Source of the DNA: Candidatus Babeliales bacterium
GTDB lineage: Bacteria > Babelota > Babeliae > Babelales > JBFXEV01
Length of the DNA: 64,000 nt
NCBI GenBank assembly: GCA_050179755.1
Contig: JBFXEV010000001.1
Coordinates: 809,994-873,993, forward strand
Direction of reading: 5' to 3'
In this document: piece after piece, positions 58,701 through 64,000 of the stretch
How positions within the stretch are numbered: the stretch's first letter is position 1
Layout of the letters: each line of letters begins with the position of its first letter
Notes under the pieces: model-generated
Told to the model about the DNA's origin: nothing
Database searches by the model: none
What the model saw: only the letters and a program-made list of their open reading frames with translations
Made by a program: the position numbers and the translations under genes

Positions 58701-61700
58701 GCACATATGCAGAATGCGCAAGCTGATATTCATGATATTGAAGCGCAGGCTATATCTGTGCGTTATACGGTTTCAACCTTGCACGATGATTTGCAGCAGG
58801 TACAAACCCGCGTTACGGGCCTGAGTATGTCTATGGATATAGCGCAAGCAGACATACTAACCGCGCATGATGCAATTTCATTATTGCAAACTCAAAGAAC
58901 AGCAGATGTGAATGCGCTTACGCTCATACAAAGTAACGTATCGCTTACTCAAAATAATCTTGCAGCACTTACCGATCGCTTGCAACAAGATGAAGATAAT
59001 GCTTTTACCTTGCAAATAACAGTATCACAAGCAGAGCATAAACTTGCTACTATGCAAGATACTCTTATAACGCATAATCAAGAAATGGCTGGATTGAGCA
59101 CGAGAATATCACATGCACAGGAGGCAATTGATACGTTGGATACCACCACGGTATATTTGAAAGAACTTATTGATCTTCAAGCGGTAATTGACACTCAATT
59201 ACAGCAGCAACTTGGCATGGTTGCCACTGCAACAGCATTGCTCAGTACGCAGGTACATCTTCTTGATGGATCGTTGCAAATAGCGCTTCAGAATATGGCA
59301 GTCCTTACAGGATCGCTTGAAGATGCACAAGTTGACATTGCATTGTTAAGCAGTGATACAGGAAACTTGGCAAATAGGGTAGCAGTTCTTGAAGCAACTG
59401 ACATAGTATTTAATGATGAGATAGAGGGATTATTAACTAATACGCAGTTACAGCAAAATCTTCTTTCACTTAATTATCGTCTTAATGCAGCAGAAAGTAC
59501 ACTTACGCAGGCACAGTCAGAAATTTCTACACTTGAATATCATACGCAATCAGCACAAACTGCGTTGACATTGTTACAAACGATAACGAGTGACTTTGCC
59601 ACACGTATTGCCTTGTTAGAAGACCAGGATAATAACTTTCAAACGCAACTTGATGCGTTACATACAAGCACGCATATAGTACAACAAGAGTTAGACTCGC
59701 TTTCTGGGCGTTTACAACTTACTGAGTACACTATTACTTCATTAGAACAGACAGCTACCCTGCTAGGGCAGCAACTAAGAAGTGCACAAGATGCATTTGC
59801 AGCGTGTCAAACTCAGCAACAAGATGCTAATGAAAACATTACAGAGTTGCAAACAACAGTTGACCTTATGCAAGATGGATTATTTGTACTTAAGCTTACT
59901 CTGTCTCGCGATGAGAGTGACTTAAGAGTAGCACAGCATGATATCAGTTTGGCACAGACGAGTATAGCAGCGCTTGATGCTCGATCCTCAATCGCTTCTG
60001 CATCAATTACTGCATTAGATACAGCATTGAATGCTTTGCAAGCTAACGTATCACATGATGAAAATCTTTTGAGTACATTGCAAACAACTATGACAACAGC
60101 GCATAGTGTTCAAGCAGCTTTACACACAAGGCTTACTGCAATTGAAGGTGTTTCAGTGAGTACTCAGCAGTCTTTGTCATTATTCCAAACTCAACTACTG
60201 ACTGCGCAAAATGACATGGCAGTTGCAGAAGGTACCCTTAGTGACCTTGGTGCACGCATGGACCTTACGCAAGCTGGTATTGCTTTGTTACAAACAGCTA
60301 CATCATGGCTACAAAATGCACTGAGTACTGTTACGGATTCATGTGAGCAGCTTACGGTTTGGCAGTCTCGAGCAGATACTCTCTTTGAGAACTTGGCTAC
60401 TGTTACAAACAACTTATCTGTCTGTTGCACTGAATTAGCTTCATTTGAAGATCATGTTCTGCAAGAATTGACACTCATTAAAACAAGTACGGGCGTATTG
60501 CAAGCAGAGCTTGACGAGCTTGATATCTACATGAGTAACGCACAAAGCTTACTTACTAATTTAAGTAGCGAGGTTGTAACGTTAGATGCACGTATTGCCT
60601 TAGATGAAAATGCAGACCAAGCACTACAAACGTTGGTGCAAGATGCGCAGAGCAAGATATTAGGGCTTGATACTCGCATACTACGTGCAGAAGGCAGTAT
60701 TACTGCTCATCATGATATACTTGCAACATTACAAACACAAGTAAATACAGACGCTGCAGCACTTATTAATCTTCAAAGTACTACTGTTGCAGCACAGCAT
60801 GAAATTGCCGCCCTAGCAGATCGCATAATAACTGTGGAAGGTGCCGTACGTATGCTGCAAGAAGACGAGCAGGTTGAACAGATTAAGCTTGCAGCGGTTG
60901 AAAATAGAGTGAACGCGTTAGAAGTGCAAACACTGCGCAATGAAAATATGGTAAGCGATTTAGTGACTTCCTTATCATTAACGCACATTGCGCAAAATGA
61001 GTACGATATACGTCTTGAAAATATAGAAAATGATCTAGTAACAGTCCATACAAATATAATTTCACTGCATACTACGCAACAGCAAGATGAAGCCTTAGTT
61101 AATCAATTGCACAGTAACTATATTTCGTTACAATCTACAATGACTTTGGTTCAAGCGTTAATAGCGCCCTTTGAGGAATTGCAAAATAATTACATGCAAT
61201 TTGAATCACGAATTACTGATATTGAAAATACGCTTGTTGATGTAGTTCCATCAGTATCAAATTTACAACATGCTTTTGTTATTGCAGAAGATAGCATTGC
61301 AGTGTTGCAGGATGCATATAATGCAGATGCGCAGTATATAAGCCAGTTGCAAACTTCGGTAACCCTCATTGAGCAAGAGCAAATTGACCATGCGCTGCGA
61401 TTGAGTGTGCTTGAAGATGCAGTACGTGCAGAAAAAGCTGGTCTTGCATCTATGCAAATAACTATGAGCTTCTGTGCACAAGATGTAAGTTCTCTTATTA
61501 TCGATTGTGCAAATAATCAACTTCACATGAATACCTTGCAACAAGACATATTTGCAGTACAAGGCGCACTTCTTGGCTTAGATACGCGCATGATTAGTGC
61601 AGAACATGCACTGGAAAAAGATCAAAGTGCTATTAAAGCATTGCAAGATGAAGATGCTGTAGACGATATTTCGATTGCAACGTTAGCTTCTACATTAAGT

Positions 61701-64000
61701 AGTGCGCAAAGTGATATTACGGGTCTCAAAACAAATATGTTTACCGTGCAAGATGGGCTAAGCACGTTACAAACAGGCGTAGCTGCTTTGGGTACTGGAG
61801 TAATCGATGTTCAAAACGCTGTATCAGTTGTTGAAGCGCGGCTTACAACTGATGAAAACACGCTCACTGCTTTAGGGGCAGCAGCAATTACTACACAAGA
61901 GCTTTTGACTAACGTCGATAGTCGTGTAACAACGGTTCAAAGTGAGCTTGGCTTTGCACAAAGTGAACTTGCAGTGTTACAGAATGCACAAGCAAGCGAT
62001 GCAAACACTCTTGCATTAGTGCAACAGATAACGCAGCAGCATGAAAATGATATTACGACGTTACAGATTACTATGTCTACTGCTCAACATACGGTCAGTA
62101 ATTTGAATACGCGCATATCTCAATTAGAAAATGATGATGTGTCAATGCAAAATACGCTCATCTTAGTGCAAAATAGACTACAACATGATGAAACTGCTCT
62201 TTCATCTCTTGCGCTTACCGTGAGCAGCGTGCAAGCAGATTTGAGCGGAGTGACTGCGCGTATGGCTCTTGCTGAAAGTGCAGTTTTTGCACAGCAGCTT
62301 TTAACAACTGATTTGCAAAACCGAGAAACGGCTGTCGAAGGCGCAGTGCTTACATTACAAGCACAGGTGAATGCCCATGAAAATACTTTAGGCACTCTAC
62401 AGCATGAAATGAGTGAATTGTATACTACCGTGAGCGTAGTGAGCAGCAGAGTTGCTTTAGATGAAGCGGTTCTTGCAAGAAGCCTATCAGATATAGGTAC
62501 GTTGCAGTACACGGTGACAGCATTGCAGACTTCTATTGCTGGATTGCAAGGAGAAATAATGATTGATGATAATCATATTACTACATTGCAATCAAATATG
62601 GTGGTAGCACAATCTGATATAAAGGCACTTGATATGCGCGTTGCTAATGATGAGGCGGCGCTTGTACATGCACAAAGCAGTCTAGGTAATTTGCAAAATT
62701 CAGTGCAATTAGATAAGACAGCAATTGGTACGTTACAAATAGATGTCCAGGCTGCACAATCTGATATAACAGCGCTTGGTAGTCGAGCAATAGCGTTAGA
62801 AGATGGTCTTATGGCAACGCAGTCAACGGTATTTACACTTAAGGCACACATGCTTGCAGATGACGCTATTTTAGGATCAGTGATTTCTGGCATTACCGTG
62901 GCAAATAATGCGCTTGCGCTTCTTGATGGCAAAACAAATCTATTGGATACTGCCGTATCTCAATTAGAACGAGATTTTGGCTTGATGCAAACTTTTACAC
63001 AAACGGTGCATGCTCGTTTAACTGCAGATGAATTGCTGCTTGATAGTTTGCGTATGTGTTGTTCTAGCTACCAAACGCAAGTAGATGCATTCAATGTTCA
63101 AATAGATGCGGTTGTTGATCAAATGAATGTACTTAGGCCGACAGTTCAAGCCGCGATTGATGGAATACACGATCAAGTAGTGGCTCTTAATGCGAACACA
63201 GAGCGTATTGAGCAACAAATTGCACAATTAGGTACGCAAGTGGGTACCAGTTGTGTTGTAACTATTGATGGCACAATGATATTTAATCATCAAGATGAGT
63301 TGCAAGAAGGCGCGGCACTTATTTTCCAATTTAACTCATGTAGATCACTTGATGTACCGCAATTGATCTTTGAAAAAGATATGGTGGTCACCATACCTCA
63401 AAATTCACGGCTTATTTTCAGAGGAGAAGGTGTTATAGTGCTCGAAGATGGGGTGCAGTTTGTGTTCACCGGATCAACTGAAGTTACTGCATCGGTCATG
63501 ATTCTTGAACGAAATTGTAATATGGAGCTTGCAGATTCTGCTATGGCACATATGCATGGTCAAGGTACTTTATTTATTCGTGATGGCGGCACTATACGTT
63601 TAACTAAACCATCGCAATTATTGTTTGGCAAGCAAGCGACTGACGTATTTAATCTTAATCTTATGCGTTTTGGCACGCTCCTTGTTGAACATGATGATGC
63701 TGAAATTTCATTTAACGAGGGCATATTTGATATTATTGCCGATCCGGTTGGCATCATTACCATTAACCGTGGTAGGATATGCATGAATCCTTATAATGCA
63801 TCAGGTTATATACGGCAGCTTTCAATACTAAATAGTTCAATTTTGCAAACTGATAAAGGCTGCTTAGTATTAAATACTAATGGTGATGATCAGCTTACGC
63901 GGTTTGATACTACTGGCGGTATTATCAGAGGTAAAAACGGTATTCGTTATAAACCATCAAATACCAATATTGATTTACAGCAAAATACTATTAAAGGTGA
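49740..64000 (+). CDS. Giant secreted fibre/adhesin-like protein (at least 4753 aa, runs off the window)
   Basis: ATG at 49740 (MNKKRAWSIQHIFGSFAVNLLVSTVIYA). The frame was open wherever I translated it, including the last line, and the ORF track lists no terminated ORF in this frame. Beta-rich head, long heptad repeats and two homologous globular domains. Confidence 0.9.
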   Translation, partial: MNKKRAWSIQHIFGSFAVNLLVSTVIYAASFNCDSPNSALVLTPGATFNIVNPITNFNGTLTMPTESTVSGSTITFAGGYLQGTGNRASITGLYTPSTNQLSMTGNHTFNATPGLSWEQLAVSGTGNLLEGQPTFVSDIVLANASTALTIAIQNTLNVNIALAGGAVTLGSDLRFADGKGFTGNGTVNLTNNGLTFGGTPLVWSNNITWNNAGNLRLHGKVKVTGTHTFSGVSALNGNGNILDLSGGGSLIVPASSTLYLSDLVIKGLGTGGGTILLAAPTSQLRLSHVTLELVGNLTTSQGSIYIEGPSTVVVNNFTWTVNSSGLLIVDGVTLWTDSVGASSPGTITFGSPLSTYLSLVATGTIKNAGSGSVTTAAFNALNARLTTDETNITTLQGQMTAVNSNVALVQGQMSTANSNITAAQSNITTLQGQMTTATTNITGAQGSITALQNRAAVDESAISTLQTNMTAAQNTIASAQSNITALTTRMTTVEGNISTAQDNIASLQTNVTSAQASIGTLQTNAANDERNITALQTSVAGAQTSLTGLGTRMTAAETNITGAQGSIGTLQTNMSAAQGNITALQTRVTADENTLATVQSNITAAQTSITGLGSRMTTAENNITALQSRVTADETSLSGLQTSVTAAQNAIATNQSSITALTTRVTSAESTIHTAQSNITTLQSGMTSAQNSIGTLQTKLTADEANIASLQTNVAAVQTSITGLGTRVNAAESTITSAQSSLTALQTSLASSQDAITTLQTNATADEQNIATLQTNMTAAQNDITALGTRMTSGENNITSLQGSVATLQTNVTNDERNIATLQTNMANAQGTITGLTTRMTTAEGAIVNLQTNAASDERNISTLQTNVTGAQNAITSLQGLVSTLQANVASDERSIAALQTNMGGAQSAITTLQRNALINEGNILTLQTNLFSAQNNINVLLPRMTSAENNLINLQLNIATAQESLNLLLSEYHKVVHVNGHMVFDHARMLREHGALIFEFCPGRLDDLPTITFVKNTQLEMPRNAHLVFKGHGTVILKDGVQLTLNSEVAKNKPTLVFDDNATLRVAKNGQAAIAGRGTICLQNGGSFELTKKSQLVLGTSSRDVIHVEMKQFGALSLQHRDAEIAFAHGQFDILADLCGVINIARGRLCLNARHQTEAPGRIKHFALRGNSLLHIDQGQLVLGDNSDNSKTFIDCTSGLIQGHGRMRYLSSNALIDIQNNPFIGSYDIITIFMKLGYIVPDEKSQPSILVHSFDKLAAFLPVRDGSIVRLEPGDHAITYRDDGIFGYDRDKRLFSINRDGTRNRIGDLEPLGCCDLITQAESNIANLEALTNQLSGRVVSAESGISVLQTRATNDEAAITQLQVNAQAAQTNITGLQSSISTVQLGLASAQSSIASLQTNATVDESHITTLQANMAIAQNNVAGLTTRMTLAEGGLGSAQSAISALQSRATTHESLLSALQSNMTNAQTNITSLGSRMATAEGAISLLQNNMSGLQLNVTGCQTNIAALAARALIDESNISALHDGFATTQTAVSGLGIRMASTEGAVTILQNNVSTLQADVIATQSVCTALQTSALADEHAIWALQSNMTMAQSSINVLDARVTSVEEDLQVAQGALGSLQTNLAHDESVLSILQDNVAGTQSGISLLQTRMGVAENTLTIAQAHIAALLSNMLSAQGAISTLQTNALADEHAIAVLQNNISSAQTTIGSLSTRMNQAEGALTVAQGSIIHLQTTMTTVQNLVDTLDLARELNEQVIRALQTDAVTKTTQIQGLESQIDSCQSNIQATQTALSALQQRVTIDESNLVSIESGLQSTVNALSDITDRVTMAEVDIQITVTTLAALQTTMTIVEHDLSAAHANILALNGRMASAEHEIDMLQSATHLLDTRLIVATQSIDLINERMGIAEQDIVLLATATAEIANRVMVLENTTIAFNQELDQLVTGSQLQQNLLSINYRLYNAEAHITTAQIDIADVKNRVDNAEMLLSLFDTTTLAFANRMLQIESVDFDFQNQIDALNTSTLVLQQEINELIQRNQAADGLLETYSLQFVQDALRLAMLETATQYLEASLDVGQSDMQAIVQRVSVLESTDNELVQAVDLLNASTYILQQELDVLSGQMINAQNGLGALQTQLNADENAIGVLQTTLSHAQSTVMGLANRISSAETHIAIDEQRMLAMQVNMADAQTTILTLTSQMAGAQEAIIAAQAHLFSHDIALNLVQSALVDTQTALNVLHMQNALDEQAIAALQVDMLATQTHITDLTMRSDLTESALAQQHEALAAVQQQALIDEHALAVVQSTLSTAQTAIDVLSGRTSNTESALVGVQGALSIVQTNMQVAQSTISTLQANALTDEASIVQLQTNMIDTQLAIAGLDTRVGNAQDDVTSIQSDVLVLQVTMTSVQHDIAQLHNENALEQNMLGTLQMQLLESQTHIIELTTDMLQADFAIGLLQMQRADDELAIAALQSGLVAAQQTEELLDNRLVRAQNALDMLDSATQALSSRVDSLELVDREHNELFELVSASTGSLREFVQVLDQQLSSAQAHIMQLETSTQALAARVGDIEIIDTHMQQQIAMLITSTQALQQEITGLMSDVLHLQDNVMTLSQQTGMAQQDIMTLQSCCTEHDARLIALEQAGISFNEELDMLVSNTEFQQNLRSLNYRLQLAETNLSGAQTDIELLDGRMLIAQDVLSNLVTASAVFDTRLLTLESADRSFQDQVDLLYAHTGALQVLVDGLSQRVDSAESAVHMLDTATQALDSRIATIEITDAHVQTQLDALHTSTVHAQVQFNDLGMHMNQAQTMLTAHGNRLDMYSDTLDLLSTATHSLDMRSLTAQTNLDALVVRLTADETIAAQLSHDVELLSSSTSFLQTTLNELALRTTSCEMTLSQLADAQNQDEVAIAILQTGMSAAQDTLTGLSGRTAQTEFALTDAQASIETLETSVITAQGGIAILQNQMTLAQSNIANLQFNAHIDENMLSVLTAHMQNAQADIHDIEAQAISVRYTVSTLHDDLQQVQTRVTGLSMSMDIAQADILTAHDAISLLQTQRTADVNALTLIQSNVSLTQNNLAALTDRLQQDEDNAFTLQITVSQAEHKLATMQDTLITHNQEMAGLSTRISHAQEAIDTLDTTTVYLKELIDLQAVIDTQLQQQLGMVATATALLSTQVHLLDGSLQIALQNMAVLTGSLEDAQVDIALLSSDTGNLANRVAVLEATDIVFNDEIEGLLTNTQLQQNLLSLNYRLNAAESTLTQAQSEISTLEYHTQSAQTALTLLQTITSDFATRIALLEDQDNNFQTQLDALHTSTHIVQQELDSLSGRLQLTEYTITSLEQTATLLGQQLRSAQDAFAACQTQQQDANENITELQTTVDLMQDGLFVLKLTLSRDESDLRVAQHDISLAQTSIAALDARSSIASASITALDTALNALQANVSHDENLLSTLQTTMTTAHSVQAALHTRLTAIEGVSVSTQQSLSLFQTQLLTAQNDMAVAEGTLSDLGARMDLTQAGIALLQTATSWLQNALSTVTDSCEQLTVWQSRADTLFENLATVTNNLSVCCTELASFEDHVLQELTLIKTSTGVLQAELDELDIYMSNAQSLLTNLSSEVVTLDARIALDENADQALQTLVQDAQSKILGLDTRILRAEGSITAHHDILATLQTQVNTDAAALINLQSTTVAAQHEIAALADRIITVEGAVRMLQEDEQVEQIKLAAVENRVNALEVQTLRNENMVSDLVTSLSLTHIAQNEYDIRLENIENDLVTVHTNIISLHTTQQQDEALVNQLHSNYISLQSTMTLVQALIAPFEELQNNYMQFESRITDIENTLVDVVPSVSNLQHAFVIAEDSIAVLQDAYNADAQYISQLQTSVTLIEQEQIDHALRLSVLEDAVRAEKAGLASMQITMSFCAQDVSSLIIDCANNQLHMNTLQQDIFAVQGALLGLDTRMISAEHALEKDQSAIKALQDEDAVDDISIATLASTLSSAQSDITGLKTNMFTVQDGLSTLQTGVAALGTGVIDVQNAVSVVEARLTTDENTLTALGAAAITTQELLTNVDSRVTTVQSELGFAQSELAVLQNAQASDANTLALVQQITQQHENDITTLQITMSTAQHTVSNLNTRISQLENDDVSMQNTLILVQNRLQHDETALSSLALTVSSVQADLSGVTARMALAESAVFAQQLLTTDLQNRETAVEGAVLTLQAQVNAHENTLGTLQHEMSELYTTVSVVSSRVALDEAVLARSLSDIGTLQYTVTALQTSIAGLQGEIMIDDNHITTLQSNMVVAQSDIKALDMRVANDEAALVHAQSSLGNLQNSVQLDKTAIGTLQIDVQAAQSDITALGSRAIALEDGLMATQSTVFTLKAHMLADDAILGSVISGITVANNALALLDGKTNLLDTAVSQLERDFGLMQTFTQTVHARLTADELLLDSLRMCCSSYQTQVDAFNVQIDAVVDQMNVLRPTVQAAIDGIHDQVVALNANTERIEQQIAQLGTQVGTSCVVTIDGTMIFNHQDELQEGAALIFQFNSCRSLDVPQLIFEKDMVVTIPQNSRLIFRGEGVIVLEDGVQFVFTGSTEVTASVMILERNCNMELADSAMAHMHGQGTLFIRDGGTIRLTKPSQLLFGKQATDVFNLNLMRFGTLLVEHDDAEISFNEGIFDIIADPVGIITINRGRICMNPYNASGYIRQLSILNSSILQTDKGCLVLNTNGDDQLTRFDTTGGIIRGKNGIRYKPSNTNIDLQQNTIKG

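Noticed and set aside
49980..63784. Many short ORFs in the track across the last 14 kb
   Set aside because: They are antisense or off-frame shadows of the giant + strand ORF and mirror its heptad codon pattern.
49740..64000. Phage tape-measure or SMC-like protein
   Set aside because: It has a signal-like N-terminus and a head homologous to the neighbouring secreted proteins, with no ATPase motifs or phage context.

Overview
An AT-rich bacterial chromosome segment. It carries BamA and many signal-peptide-bearing ankyrin, WD40 and LRR proteins, which suggests a diderm intracellular parasite of protists, most likely Ca. Dependentiae/Babelota (TM6); the taxon is my inference. Housekeeping genes (bamA, cysS, trxA, dps, YggU/DUF167, PilC/GspF, HIT, DMT, OPT-like) and four tRNAs (Ser-TGA, Arg-ACG, Ser-GCT, Leu-CAA) are mixed with a large set of putative secreted effectors that swap modules among themselves. 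These include a Skp1-like+LRR fusion, ankyrin proteins with a shared F-box-like C-terminal domain, and a family carrying RPLPP SH3-ligand-like motifs. The last 22 kb hold four co-oriented genes built from one beta-solenoid-like module. The fourth is a giant ORF (49740 to beyond 64000, at least 4753 codons) that the supplied ORF track misses because it has no stop in the window. It encodes about 3800 aa of trimer-type coiled coil punctuated by Asp core layers, Cys-Cys pairs and a repeated globular domain, i.e. a candidate surface fibre roughly 0.5 um long. All four tRNA 3' ends abut nested palindromic repeat elements. No CRISPR array, integrase, transposase or reverse transcriptase was seen.
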